A DNA stretch of 64,000 nt from Gemmatimonadaceae bacterium (lineage in GTDB: Bacteria > Gemmatimonadota > Gemmatimonadetes > Gemmatimonadales > Gemmatimonadaceae). The translations under genes were made by a program, and so were the position numbers. The stretch lies in assembly GCA_044224875.1 (NCBI GenBank), contig JBGAJQ010000012.1:39564-103563 (forward strand). The letters are read 5' to 3'. Every line of letters starts with the position of its first letter. Position 1 is the stretch's first letter. Shown in pieces: positions 20,221 through 30,409 of the stretch. The notes beneath the pieces were generated by a model. It ran no database searches, was not told the DNA's origin, and was given only the letters and a program-made list of their open reading frames with translations.

Positions 20221-21453
20221 TCAGCTCCTTTTCCCCGCCATGCTCATGCGCGGGCCAATAGCGTGAAGGTCAGCTCCCTTCATCAGCACGTTCCAATAGA
20301 TCCACTTGAAGGCGAGCTTGCCCCAGTGATTCGCCTCGGTCTCCTCGAGCAGCGTCAGTGGGCCGACCTCGGGGAGCGGATACTTTCCGGGGAGTGGTTC
20401 GGTCTCGTAGTTGAAGTCGATGAGTGTCGCCTTCCCGAACCCGGTCTCGATGAAACAGTTGGCATGACCGTCGAAGGCCGGTTCAAGCTCGCGGCCGCCA
20501 ATCGCGCGATGGATGTTCTCCGTCAACACCTCCGCCTGGAAATGCGCCACCGATCCAGCCTTGGACGACGAGAGATCGGTCGCGTCCCCGATCACGAAGA
20601 CGTTCTTGAACGCCTGCGACTGCAGCGTGTGACGGTCGGTCGGAATGAAGTCGAGCTCATTCCCCAGACCCGATCGAGCGATGGCTTCACTCCCGCGGTG
20701 CGTCGGAACGGTGACCAACAGGTCATACGGGATCTCACGTCCGTCCCAGCTCTTGAGTATCCGACGGCTCCCGTCGACTTCACCGGTATTGAAGATCGTC
20801 TCAACCTGAATGCGACGCGTCGTCAGAAGGTCGCCTAACACGTCGGAGCATCGCTTCTTGGTGAACGCACCGTCCAGCGGAGTGGCGTACACCAGCTCGA
20901 CCTTGTCGCGCATGCCTTGTGTCGTGAACCACCAATCGGCGAGGAAGAGAAATTCCAGCGGTGCCACTGGGCACTTGATCGGCATCTCCACGAGATTCAC
21001 GACCAGTCGCCCCCCTTCCCAACGGCGGAGCTTTTCCGCCAGGGCCACGGAGCCTTCGGGCGTGTAGAAGTCGAACGCCGTCTCGCGCCACCCTTCACCC
21101 AGCAACCCCTCCGTTTCCGACGGGCAGATGCGACTTCCGGTGGCGATGATGAGGAAGTCATAGGGCAGTGAGTCACCCGACTTCATCACCACGCGATTCT
21201 CGTCAGGTGCGACCGTGTCGATCTCACCGAGTACGAGACGGGCGGCCGGTGGGAGGACGCGAGAACGCTTCTTATAGAGGTCGCGTTCGGTGTACACGCC
21301 GAACGGGATGAACAGCAGTCCAGGTTGGTAGATGTGCCGGTCGTCCTGGTCGACCACCGTGACTTCCCAGTCATCCATCGGCAGCGAGCGAACGAGCTTC
21401 GCGGCCATCATGGTTCCTGCAGAGCCGCCACCAAGAATCAGGATCCGTTTCAT
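20221..21453 (-). CDS. sqr: Sulfide:quinone oxidoreductase (type III-like FAD-dependent oxidoreductase)
   Basis: MKRILILGGGSAG, YQPGLLF, IKCPVAPLE, GDATD, FDGHANCFIETG, NHWGK; GGAGGAG RBS. Confidence 0.88.
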   Translation of the reverse strand: MKRILILGGGSAGTMMAAKLVRSLPMDDWEVTVVDQDDRHIYQPGLLFIPFGVYTERDLYKKRSRVLPPAARLVLGEIDTVAPDENRVVMKSGDSLPYDFLIIATGSRICPSETEGLLGEGWRETAFDFYTPEGSVALAEKLRRWEGGRLVVNLVEMPIKCPVAPLEFLFLADWWFTTQGMRDKVELVYATPLDGAFTKKRCSDVLGDLLTTRRIQVETIFNTGEVDGSRRILKSWDGREIPYDLLVTVPTHRGSEAIARSGLGNELDFIPTDRHTLQSQAFKNVFVIGDATDLSSSKAGSVAHFQAEVLTENIHRAIGGRELEPAFDGHANCFIETGFGKATLIDFNYETEPLPGKYPLPEVGPLTLLEETEANHWGKLAFKWIYWNVLMKGADLHAIGPRMSMAGKRS

Positions 21454-21501
21454 GTGCTCCTCCGGCCAAGCGCGGAACGCGCAGTGACGCCTGTATGGAA
21501 G

Positions 21502-21516
21502 GCACAGCGCGCGCCA
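21502..21516 (-). promoter_or_regulatory. Sigma54 -24/-12 promoter of the sqr operon
   Basis: Minus strand TGGCGCGCGCTGTGC has GG-N10-GC spacing and 2 mismatches to TGGCACG-N4-TTGC; about 50 bp upstream of the sqr ATG; adjacent gene is a GAFTGA activator. Confidence 0.7.
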
Positions 21517-21585
21517 CGCGACGAGCAACGTTGCAAGTGGTTGTTCCAGCACACGTTAGGCGCGCGCCCCCCTGTGCGAGGGGGC

Positions 21586-21648
21586 GTTTCGTGAAACCTT
21601 GTGTTGCAACAACAGAAACGCCGTGAAACGGCGGCGTTTCACGGCGTT
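21586..21648. promoter_or_regulatory. Putative upstream activator sites (TGAAAC-N5-GTTGCAACA plus a 14-bp inverted repeat)
   Basis: TGAAACCTTGTGTTGCAACA at 21592-21611; perfect inverted repeat AACGCCGTGAAACG/CGTTTCACGGCGTT at 21617-21648; 70-130 bp upstream of the sigma54 site. Confidence 0.55.
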
Positions 21649-21748
21649 GGTAGCGCGGGCTCGAGGCCATCATCGTATCCAGGGCGCGCGTATCGAACTC
21701 GGCATTCGCAGTAGGCCCTCGAGAAGGCTGGCGCGCCAGGCGAGTTGA

Positions 21749-23488
21749 TCAGAGTCGATACTGCTTCATATTCCGCCAGAGCGTCGTGCGGCTCATCCCG
21801 ATCGCCACGGCGGCGTCTTCTCGTCGATAATGCGCCCGCTCGAGCGCCTCGCGAATACGGATGAGTTCGGCCTGCTCCTCGAGGGATGTCGCATAGCCGT
21901 CGGCGATAGCGGTGGTCCGACCATGCGACTCCATAGAGTTTCGCGCCGAGTTGGTCCGTGTTTCTTGGGCAATCCCCGGCGGCAGATGCTCCACGTGCAC
22001 CGTCTGGCCATCGCACAACGCCGTCGCATACTCGAGGGCGTTTTCGAGTTCGCGAACGTTGCCGGGCCAGTCCCACGCCACCAGTGTTTCGAGCGCCGCC
22101 GGGGCCAGGCGCAACGCGCGACCACGTCGTTGTCCAATGCGACTGAGCAGGTGTGGAATGAGGAGCGTCAGGTCGTCGCGGCGTTCCCGCAGCGGCGGTA
22201 CGTGAATGGGGACGACGCGCAACCGGTAAAAGAGGTCCTCCCGAAAGCGACCGGCGGCCACGGCCTGCGCGAGATCCACGTGCGTTGCCGCAATCACGCG
22301 AACGTCCACCTTTCGTGTTCGTGAATCTCCCACGCGCTCAAACGCGTGATCCTGAAGTACCCGCAACAGTTTGACCTGCAAGGCGGGCGGCATGTCTCCG
22401 ATTTCGTCGAGAAACAGAGTTCCACCGTCCGCCAGCTCAAAACGGCCGGCACGGTCGCGGACCGCCCCGGTGAACGCGCCACGCACATGCCCGAACAGTT
22501 CGCTCTCTAGAAGCTCCGAAGGAAGCGCCGCGCAGTTCACGGCGACAAACGGGCCACGCCTCCCCGATCGAGCATGCAGCGCGCGGGCGACCATCTCCTT
22601 CCCTGTTCCGCTTTCTCCCGTCACGAGCACGGTCGCGTCGTTCTCGTTGAGCAGTTCGATCAGTCGAAAGATGCGCTGCATCGGAGCCGACCGTCCCACA
22701 ATGCCCTCGAAGGATGGGACCTCATCCGTGTGCGCATTGCCGTCTGCCGGGCGGATCATGATCGCCGTTCGTGCGCCGGCATCGCCACAGTGCGTCCCTT
22801 GGGAAATTGGCCCAATGGAGATCGACACCGGAATTCGCCGTCCGTCCGCACCCGTCAGCTCCGCCGCCCAGCCTTCGCGCCTCGCCCCAGACTCCATCGC
22901 TTGTCGGAGCGTTCCCCGGGCGCCAAAGAGGGTCACTCCGAACACCTGCTCTAATGGCATCCCGCCAATACTGTCTGCAGGATAGCCCAACATTCCCGCC
23001 AGCGAGCTCGAGGCAGACATCACCCGATGCTCGGCGTCGGCAATAATGAACAGGCGCCCGAGGCTTCCAAGCAGGGTCTCCACCTGTTCGCTCGGCTGCA
23101 TCGACGCTTCGGAATCCGCCAAGCGCACGGTCTCGATCGCGCCCGTCACGTTCCCACGCTCGTCGCGCGTGACCATGCCAGCGCGGACGATTTCGATTTC
23201 CGTGCCGTCTTTTCGAAAGACGTTCAGGGTGGTTGGGTCAATCCGGCCATGTCGGAACACCCCGCACCCGCGCAGGCATTCTCGGCACCGAAAGAGCGAT
23301 ATGCAGGGCTTTCCCAGGACTTCGGCAGCTGAGAAGCCCGTCATGTGCTCCAACTCCGGACTCACGGAGGTTATGGCGCGATCGGCGTCGACCTGAAACC
23401 ACCCAACGCCGGCGAGCGTGGCCAGGGTATTGGCGACTTCCTGGGGTGGAAGCGCGATTGATGGTTCTGAAACGGTGGCGGGTGTCAT
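21749..23488 (-). CDS. PAS-PAS sigma54-dependent enhancer-binding protein with Fis-type HTH
   Basis: Two PAS domains (the first contains [14 protein letters not shown]); [48 protein letters not shown]. Confidence 0.93.
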   Translation of the reverse strand: MTPATVSEPSIALPPQEVANTLATLAGVGWFQVDADRAITSVSPELEHMTGFSAAEVLGKPCISLFRCRECLRGCGVFRHGRIDPTTLNVFRKDGTEIEIVRAGMVTRDERGNVTGAIETVRLADSEASMQPSEQVETLLGSLGRLFIIADAEHRVMSASSSLAGMLGYPADSIGGMPLEQVFGVTLFGARGTLRQAMESGARREGWAAELTGADGRRIPVSISIGPISQGTHCGDAGARTAIMIRPADGNAHTDEVPSFEGIVGRSAPMQRIFRLIELLNENDATVLVTGESGTGKEMVARALHARSGRRGPFVAVNCAALPSELLESELFGHVRGAFTGAVRDRAGRFELADGGTLFLDEIGDMPPALQVKLLRVLQDHAFERVGDSRTRKVDVRVIAATHVDLAQAVAAGRFREDLFYRLRVVPIHVPPLRERRDDLTLLIPHLLSRIGQRRGRALRLAPAALETLVAWDWPGNVRELENALEYATALCDGQTVHVEHLPPGIAQETRTNSARNSMESHGRTTAIADGYATSLEEQAELIRIREALERAHYRREDAAVAIGMSRTTLWRNMKQYRL

Positions 23489-23497
23489 GGTGCACCA

Positions 23498-23517
23498 TGT
23501 TGCAACGTCCCGTTTCA
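23498..23517 (-). promoter_or_regulatory. Second copy of the TGAAAC-N5-GTTGCAACA motif (putative autoregulatory operator)
   Basis: Minus strand TGAAACGGGACGTTGCAACA, 10 bp upstream of ATG 23488 of the activator; same spacing as the copy at 21592. Confidence 0.55.
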
Positions 23518-23665
23518 TCGGGCTGTCGGGAGATGCCGCCGACGCCCTCAGGAGCGCCCCGACAAGTCAGGGACCGAATCGCTCAGCAGCTCGGGCCAGC
23601 CCCATCACACGCGCCGCGCGTGGAGACTTTGCCTCAACCCGTTATTGCGTGTGTGTTTGGTGGCG

Positions 23666-24184
23666 CTAATGCGCGCGGACGGCCGCCCGACACCCGTCGA
23701 TGAACTCGGGAGTGCCGTTGACGCACGCAGAATCGGACTCGATCCCGCCGTCGACCACCCAGGCATAGCCTTCGGTGTAGGTCGCTCGCGGAGGAGTCGA
23801 AGGTGACGGAGGGGTGTTGATGGAGCCCGCGATCGCTGGCGTCCTGCCCGTTAGTCGCCCGGCCATTCGTACGGTCAGCGTCGCTGCTGCGCAGACTGCA
23901 AGCCCCGCCATGACGAGGGACCGCCGCGCGCGATAGCTCCCGGCGAACATCGCGATCGCCAGCAGTCCACAGCTGAGGCCCAGGTACCAGGCTCCGGCAT
24001 AGAATATGGCCACGCTGCTCGGAGCCCCGTCCAGGTGCGCAATCTTCACTCCCGTCAGCTTCCACGCGCCGATCAGGAGGGGCATGGAGAGCGCCAACGC
24101 CAGAGTGTCGGAACGCTTCCCCATCCGGAACGCGACGACACACAGGGCCAGCGTGACCAGCAGAATGACAGCGAGAATCGGCAT
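23666..24184 (-). CDS. Hypothetical membrane protein with a short Cys-containing C-terminal domain
   Basis: About four hydrophobic segments, Pro-rich linker, then YTEGYAW...SAC...EFIDGC. Confidence 0.5.
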   Translation of the reverse strand: MPILAVILLVTLALCVVAFRMGKRSDTLALALSMPLLIGAWKLTGVKIAHLDGAPSSVAIFYAGAWYLGLSCGLLAIAMFAGSYRARRSLVMAGLAVCAAATLTVRMAGRLTGRTPAIAGSINTPPSPSTPPRATYTEGYAWVVDGGIESDSACVNGTPEFIDGCRAAVRAH

Positions 24185-24387
24185 GAAGGCGTGTGGAGTG
24201 GTCACCCTGTGAGACCTTCCCTCGGCGGCCCCACCATGAGACGCGCTAGGTCCATCGCGAGAAACGAGTTCCCAGTCGAATTGCGGCGGACCCATCGAAC
24301 CACCGCCCACGACACTCTATCCATCATATTGAAGGGCGTATTTTGCTCGCTTTCGGCCCGCATTCCCACCCGCCCTCAGGAGCAGGA

Positions 24388-26445
24388 ATGGCACCTGTCG
24401 ATCGTCGTCAATTTCTGGCTCAAGTCGCCAGCGGCGTTGCCGCCACGAACCTCCCGTTCGCTCCAAACCTGAACGACGCCGATGGGGGACTCCTGGCGGC
24501 AGCACCGGAAAGCCACGCGGACCGATCCGAATCACTCGCCGCACCCGTCTTCGCACCACTCCCGTTAGGCACTGTCCGGCCAGCCGGCTGGCTGCAACGA
24601 CAGTTGCGCATTCAGGCCAATGGGTTGAGCGGCCACTTGGACGAGTTTTGGCCCGACGTTGCCCAAAGCCAGTGGTTTGGCGGATCAGCCGAAGGCTGGG
24701 AACGGGCGCCGTACTGGCTGGACGGCGCGATCCCACTGGCGTGGCTCGTCGACGACGCCCCACTCAAGGCCCGGGTGACGTCGCACATGGAGTACATCAT
24801 GGCGCATCAGCGCGAAGACGGGTGGTTCAGCCCCTACCCGCCAGATGCGACAAGCAAGCGGTACGATTTGTGGAGCATCCTGTTGATCGACAAGGTGCTC
24901 ACGCAGTATCACGAAGCCACCGGCGATCGGCGGGCGTTACAGGCGGCGATGCGCAGCATGCGGGCGATGCATGCCAGTCTCGATGTCACTCCACTCTTCG
25001 GGTGGGGGCGCTTTCGTTGGTACGAGGGCGTTGTCCCTGCACTCTACGCCTTTGAGCAAACCGGTGAGTCCTGGCTGCTCGACTACGCCCGTCAGCTGCG
25101 CACACAGGGCGTGGACTTTCAGGCGCTTATGGCCACCGACGACGTGCGCACTCCCACGCCGCGGCGGGGCCTGTGGAAGTGGACCAAGCACGTCGTGAAC
25201 ATGGCGATGGCCCCCAAGGCATCGGCGCTCAGCTGGCGCATCGATCAACAACCGGGAGATCGCGCCTTCGCCAGCCGCATGGTTGAGCTGCTGGATCAAT
25301 ACCACGGGCAGGTCACCGGCATGTTCAGCGGTGACGAGTGCCTCGCGGGAAAAAACCCACTGCAAGGCAGCGAGCTCTGTGCCGTCGTGGAGTACATGTA
25401 CTCACTCGAGCACCTGACGTCGGTGTTTGGTGACGGTGCCTTTGCCGATCGCCTCGAGCGACTGGCCTACAATGCCCTGCCCGCCACGTTCGCGCCCGAC
25501 ATGTGGTCGCACCAATACGTGCAGCAGGTGAATCAGGTACAATGCACCATCAATCCCGACCACGGATGGTCGACCAACGGACCAGAGTCCAATCTCTACG
25601 GACTGGAGCCTAACTACGGCTGTTGCACCTCCAACATGCATCAAGGTTGGCCCAGGTTCGTCGCGCACCTGTGGGCACAAACGCGCGATGGCGGACTGGC
25701 GGCGCTGGCTTGGGCGCCCTGCGTCGTGGAGACCACGGTACATGACGTGCCGTTCCGGGTTGAAGTGAATACCGACTACCCGTTCCGGGAGTCCATCAGC
25801 ATCCACGTCAGGGCGGCCCGTCAGGTGCGATCGTCGTTGCAGCTGCGCATTCCCGCGTGGGCGGAAGGCGCAACCGTGCGTGTGGGCTCAGAAGCCGCGC
25901 AACCGGCGGCGCCAGGCGCCATGCACACGCTCGAACGCTCGTGGTCGGGTGACACAACCATCACCCTCTCCCTTCCCATGCATCCGGCGATCACCGAACG
26001 CTACAACGGCGCCGTGGCCATCGAACGCGGCCCCTTGGTGTACGCCCTCAAGATCGGCGAAACGTGGACGCGCGTGAACGCCGACAAACCGCACCGTGAA
26101 CTACCGCACGGCGACTTCGAGGTCCGTCCAACTACGCCGTGGAACTACGGACTTGTCCTCGACGCCCAGTCGCCCGCGAACAGCGTGACGTTCGCGGAAC
26201 ATCCGGTTGGTGAGATTCCCTTCTCGCCAGAGGGCGCGGGAATGAGTGCCACGGTGTCCGCCCGCCGCCTCCCGCAGTGGAAGCTGGAGAATGGCTGGGC
26301 TGGTGAGATCTCCCCCGCAGATGTCGCCTGGGCCGAACCCACCGTGCATGGCGAACTGGCGCCCATCGAGCGCGTGACGCTGATCCCCTACGGATGCACC
26401 AATATCCGTGTCACGGAGTTTCCCCGCGCGCCGTCACGCGCCTAA
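24388..26445 (+). CDS. Tat-exported glycoside hydrolase family 127-like (beta-L-arabinofuranosidase-like)
   Basis: Tat motif DRRQFL; GWERAPYWLDG, ELCAVVE, LERLAYNAL, NYGCCTSNMHQGWP, RGPLVYAL, LIPYGC; RBS AGGAG. Confidence 0.85.
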   Translation: MAPVDRRQFLAQVASGVAATNLPFAPNLNDADGGLLAAAPESHADRSESLAAPVFAPLPLGTVRPAGWLQRQLRIQANGLSGHLDEFWPDVAQSQWFGGSAEGWERAPYWLDGAIPLAWLVDDAPLKARVTSHMEYIMAHQREDGWFSPYPPDATSKRYDLWSILLIDKVLTQYHEATGDRRALQAAMRSMRAMHASLDVTPLFGWGRFRWYEGVVPALYAFEQTGESWLLDYARQLRTQGVDFQALMATDDVRTPTPRRGLWKWTKHVVNMAMAPKASALSWRIDQQPGDRAFASRMVELLDQYHGQVTGMFSGDECLAGKNPLQGSELCAVVEYMYSLEHLTSVFGDGAFADRLERLAYNALPATFAPDMWSHQYVQQVNQVQCTINPDHGWSTNGPESNLYGLEPNYGCCTSNMHQGWPRFVAHLWAQTRDGGLAALAWAPCVVETTVHDVPFRVEVNTDYPFRESISIHVRAARQVRSSLQLRIPAWAEGATVRVGSEAAQPAAPGAMHTLERSWSGDTTITLSLPMHPAITERYNGAVAIERGPLVYALKIGETWTRVNADKPHRELPHGDFEVRPTTPWNYGLVLDAQSPANSVTFAEHPVGEIPFSPEGAGMSATVSARRLPQWKLENGWAGEISPADVAWAEPTVHGELAPIERVTLIPYGCTNIRVTEFPRAPSRA

Positions 26446-26493
26446 CCACACGTTGACTTTCCCCATCGGAGATCCTCTGCCAACTTCCACCGC

Positions 26494-29400
26494 ATGCTGG
26501 TTGAGCAAAGCGTTGTCTGTCCCATCCTGATCGCGCGCGATGCCCCTCTTTCCGCGGGGTTTCACGCATTGGAGCGGTCCCGAGCCGGTCACGGCAGTAC
26601 GCTGCTCATCTCTGGGGAAGCGGGGATCGGTAAGTCACGCCTCGTCCGGGCCATCGTCGATCGCGCGCGTGCGCTGGGCTTCGTAGCGCTGCAGGGCGCC
26701 TGCTTCGAGGCCGATCGAGCGCATCCGTATGCCCCGCTTCTGGATTTGGTGAGGGTCCTCGCCGCCACAAACTCTGCTGAACTCGCCGCACACTACTTCG
26801 CACCGGTGGGCTCGGAACTGGTCACGCTCTTTCCTGAGCTGCGCTCCCTTTTCCCGGACACGCCGGCACGACCGGTGGTCGATCCAGAGGAAGACCGGCG
26901 ACGGCTGTTTCACACATTCGGCGAGGCCATTCACACCCTGGCCGCGGTGCAGCCGTTACTGGTGGTGATCGAGGACGTTCACTGGAGCGATGATGCCACG
27001 TTGGACCTGCTGTTGCACTTGGCGAGGCGCATCAGTGCACAGCCGATTGCGATCCTCCTCACGTTCCGCAGCGACGAGGTTGGCCCACGGCTTTCGCGCT
27101 TGCTCGCCGACTTCGATCGCGCCCGTTGCGCCTCGGAGGTGGGGCTGCGTCCACTCGGTGCATCTGACGTCGCGATCATGTTGCAGTCGATTTTCGGGCC
27201 GCAGCTCGCCTTCGGTCCCGCCTTCGTCGATGCCCTGCATAACCTGACCGAGGGGAATCCGTTCTTCGTCGAGGAAATGCTGAAGGCGCTCATGGTGGCC
27301 GGCGACCTCGTTCGGGCTGACGGCACCTGGCGGGCACGCCCCCTGGAGAACGTGCGCGTGCCGCGCACCGCCACCGAGGCGGTCGGACGCCGTCTCGCGG
27401 GCCTTACCGCGGAAGCACGCAGCGTGGCCTCGATTGCCGCGGTCGCTGGTCGCCGCTTCGACTTCGCCCTTCTCCAGAGCCTGACAAGACACGACGAACG
27501 CGAATTGCTGGCACTGGTCAAGGAACTGGTGGATGCGCAGCTCGTCGTCGAGGAGTCGGCCGATCGTTTTGCCTTTCGCCACGCGCTGACGCGCGAGGCC
27601 ATGCGCGGACGACTGCTCGCTCGCGAGCGCGTGGCGTTGCATCGAGCCATCGCCGACGCACTCGAGCGGCAGCACAGTGGTAACGTGCACGATGCGGACG
27701 ATGCCCTTGCTTACCACACCTTCGAAGCCGGAGCGTGGGAGCAGGCACGGGAACACTCGCTCCGCGCTGCAGCCCGAGCACTCGCGCTCTCCGCCCCACG
27801 CGAAGCCCTGCAACACTTCGAGCGAGCCGTCTCAGCGACCGAAAATGCCGGGCAGCGGCCTGACGCATCGCTGCTTATCGCACGTGGACGCGCCCTCGAG
27901 ACGCTGGGTGCCTTTCCACGTGCCAATGAGGACTTCCTCGCTGCGCTCGCCACCGCTCGCCTAGGCACGGATCATCGCGCCGAGTGGGTGGCGCTGCACG
28001 CGTTAGGCATGCTGTGGGCGGCACGCGACTACATGAAGGCCGGTAGCTATCGGCGAGAGGCCCTCGATGCCGCCCGGGCCATTGGGGACGCGACGCTCGT
28101 TGCCCACAGCCTCAATCGCGTGGGCAACTGGCACGTCAACCGGGAAAACCCCCACCTCGGCGTGCCGTATCATGAGGAAGCCCTCGCCATCTTCGAGCAA
28201 GCAGCCGACCGTCGAGGTGTCGCCGAGACGGTCGACCTCCTCGCCATGGCTTTCCACATCGCCGGCACGCAGGAGTCGGCGGTGCAACTCTACGAGCGTT
28301 CCATCGAGCTGTTCTCCGCACGGGAGGATCGCCGCGGGCTGGCGAACGCGCTGACCATCCTGCTGGTGTGCGGGCCGAGTCATCACGCCTCCGCGGGACC
28401 GTGCGCCGTCAGTATCCACACCGCCGAATTGCTCACGAGCGAGCGTGCCGTGCACCTCGCGTCAGAGATCGGGTGGCGCGCTGGCGAGGCCTTCGCGAGA
28501 TACTGCCAGGCAGATGTCGTGATGTGGAGGGGTGAGTACGTGAGAGCGCTGCGACTCGCACGCGAATCGCTCGCCATTGCCCAGGAGTTGGAGCACCTGG
28601 AGTGGCAGTGCGGCGCGCGACGCGTGCTCGGAGTCACGGCGTTGGACCTGTTCGCTTTCACCGAGGCGCTCACGCAACTGGAAGCTGCGCATTCTATCGC
28701 CCGCCAACTCGGCTCCGCCACGTGGATTCGCTGGACCGGCGCGCCGTTCGCGATTGCGCTGGCACGCGCTGGTCATCTGGTTCGTGCGACCGAAGTGCTC
28801 GACGAGGTGGACCGCATGGTGCCAACAGCCGGTGACAGCGTCCCGCGCACCCTTGGCGTTCGCTATGTGCAGCTGGCGCGCGGCGAGGTCGCCCTGGCGC
28901 GTGGGAGCTTCGACGACGTGCTGACCGTGGTGAGTAAGTCGGATGCCGTCGGCACGCCTCGTATGGCCCTACTCCGCGGACAGGCTTTCATTGGACTGGA
29001 ACGTTGGAGCGAGGCCATTGAATCGTTAGGTGCGGCACGTGACGAGGCCCAACGGCAAGGCGCGCGACCTCTTGTCTGGCGCATCGACGCTGCACTGGGT
29101 GACGTCCATCTGGGAGAACGGAAGCGCCTGGACGCTCGCCGGCTGTTTGACGCCGCTCGTGCGTCGGCGAACGAGCTCGTCGCCGGCTTGGACGAGACCT
29201 TGTTCCTTTCCCCATTCCGCGCCGCCGTCGATCACCTCGCGCCCCCACCCCCGGAACGCACCTCGAGTCAAACGGCCAAGGCCGCATATGGTGGCCTGAC
29301 TCGGCGCGAGCGCGACACCGCCGCCCTCGTGGCCCAGGGGAAATCGAATCGAGCGATCGCGCGAGCGCTCGGCATAGGCGAACGGACCGTCGAGGGGTAC

Positions 29401-29514
29401 GTAGCGTCGGCGCTCGCAAAGCTGGGATACTCATCCCGCGCTCAGCTCGCGGTGTGGGCAGCAGATCAGGGTCTTGCTGCGCAAGCAGCGCCCCGCGAAC
29501 GACCGCGGCGTTAG
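26494..29514 (+). CDS. Large ATP-binding LuxR-family (LAL/MalT-like) regulator: STAND ATPase-TPR-LuxR HTH
   Basis: GEAGIGKS, VIEDVHWSD, TEGNPFF, FAFRHAL; TPRs; LTRRERDTAALVAQGKSNRAIA...TVEGY. Confidence 0.92.
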   Translation: MLVEQSVVCPILIARDAPLSAGFHALERSRAGHGSTLLISGEAGIGKSRLVRAIVDRARALGFVALQGACFEADRAHPYAPLLDLVRVLAATNSAELAAHYFAPVGSELVTLFPELRSLFPDTPARPVVDPEEDRRRLFHTFGEAIHTLAAVQPLLVVIEDVHWSDDATLDLLLHLARRISAQPIAILLTFRSDEVGPRLSRLLADFDRARCASEVGLRPLGASDVAIMLQSIFGPQLAFGPAFVDALHNLTEGNPFFVEEMLKALMVAGDLVRADGTWRARPLENVRVPRTATEAVGRRLAGLTAEARSVASIAAVAGRRFDFALLQSLTRHDERELLALVKELVDAQLVVEESADRFAFRHALTREAMRGRLLARERVALHRAIADALERQHSGNVHDADDALAYHTFEAGAWEQAREHSLRAAARALALSAPREALQHFERAVSATENAGQRPDASLLIARGRALETLGAFPRANEDFLAALATARLGTDHRAEWVALHALGMLWAARDYMKAGSYRREALDAARAIGDATLVAHSLNRVGNWHVNRENPHLGVPYHEEALAIFEQAADRRGVAETVDLLAMAFHIAGTQESAVQLYERSIELFSAREDRRGLANALTILLVCGPSHHASAGPCAVSIHTAELLTSERAVHLASEIGWRAGEAFARYCQADVVMWRGEYVRALRLARESLAIAQELEHLEWQCGARRVLGVTALDLFAFTEALTQLEAAHSIARQLGSATWIRWTGAPFAIALARAGHLVRATEVLDEVDRMVPTAGDSVPRTLGVRYVQLARGEVALARGSFDDVLTVVSKSDAVGTPRMALLRGQAFIGLERWSEAIESLGAARDEAQRQGARPLVWRIDAALGDVHLGERKRLDARRLFDAARASANELVAGLDETLFLSPFRAAVDHLAPPPPERTSSQTAKAAYGGLTRRERDTAALVAQGKSNRAIARALGIGERTVEGYVASALAKLGYSSRAQLAVWAADQGLAAQAAPRERPRR

Positions 29515-29536
29515 GGCTGCGTCTTCGGGTGCCGCG

Positions 29537-30154
29537 CTACACCGCGCCCGTGACGACTTCCACGGGTGCGTCACCGATCGGCCTGCCCACGGTGAGTTCG
29601 GACTTGAGATCGTCCTGAAGCGACGAGAAGGCGGAATCGGGTTCCGCGCCTAACGCGTCGAGTAGCTTGCTGAAGAAGCAACGCGCCGCGGCTGTCGCGG
29701 CGACATCGAAGATCTCGGCGTCGCTCAGCCCACGATCCCGCAGTTGTTGGATGTCGCCTTGATTCACGGACGTTGCATCTCGTGCGATCTTCTCGGCGAA
29801 CCCCATCACCGCTATGTCGGCCGGCAAGAGCTCCGCCTGCGTGAAGTCGCGCGCGATTTGTGCTGTTTGCACGGGCCCGAAGAATTCGCGACTCAGAATC
29901 GCGCCATGCGCGAGCATGCAGTACGAGCTGTGGAGCGCGCGGGCGGCCGCCACCGTCGCCAGCTCGTAGCGCCTCGTGTCCATCGTCGCCCGGATCGCCT
30001 TCAGCAAGCTTCCCCAAGCGCTCATCACCGCCGGACGGTGGCTGAAGAGCTTCGCGTAGTTTGGCACGTAGCCGAGGTTCCGCTGGTTCTGAGCGTACAT
30101 GGCGCGCACGTCCTCGCCCGCTTCCGTCACCGGCACGGTATGAATGAAGGCCAT
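29537..30154 (-). CDS. Carboxymuconolactone decarboxylase/AhpD-like peroxidase-related protein
   Basis: LGYVPN, YELATVAAA...SSYCMLAHG, LRDRGLSDAEIFD. Confidence 0.8.
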   Translation of the reverse strand: MAFIHTVPVTEAGEDVRAMYAQNQRNLGYVPNYAKLFSHRPAVMSAWGSLLKAIRATMDTRRYELATVAAARALHSSYCMLAHGAILSREFFGPVQTAQIARDFTQAELLPADIAVMGFAEKIARDATSVNQGDIQQLRDRGLSDAEIFDVAATAAARCFFSKLLDALGAEPDSAFSSLQDDLKSELTVGRPIGDAPVEVVTGAV

Positions 30155-30239
30155 CCTCGATTCTCGGTCAAAGTATTGTAGATAAACGACTTACGTCCGC
30201 CATGGCGAGGCAATGGTGCCCTCAGGTGGCGTGGTTCGC

Positions 30240-30305
30240 TACGGGATCAGCCTCCGTACTCCAAACGACGGGGCACCGTACAGGATTTGAATTTCCCCGT
30301 ACAGG
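30240..30305. promoter_or_regulatory. Phased CCGTAC(AGG) repeats in a divergent promoter region
   Basis: CCGTAC at 30254, 30276 and 30297 (22 and 21 bp apart; the last two are CCGTACAGG); inverted TACGG at 30240. Confidence 0.5.
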
Positions 30306-30409
30306 TCCCGGAGTGCATCGATTGGCGCGCCGGTATCCTCCCCTCCGCGCAGACAGCCGGTCAGCGACTGCGCTCACGACTGACTCGACCGTTTCGGAGG
30401 ACATACATC

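Noticed and set aside
21531..21548. Alternative sigma54 promoter TGGAACAACCACTTGCA on the minus strand
   Set aside because: GG-to-GC spacing is 11 nt rather than the required 10
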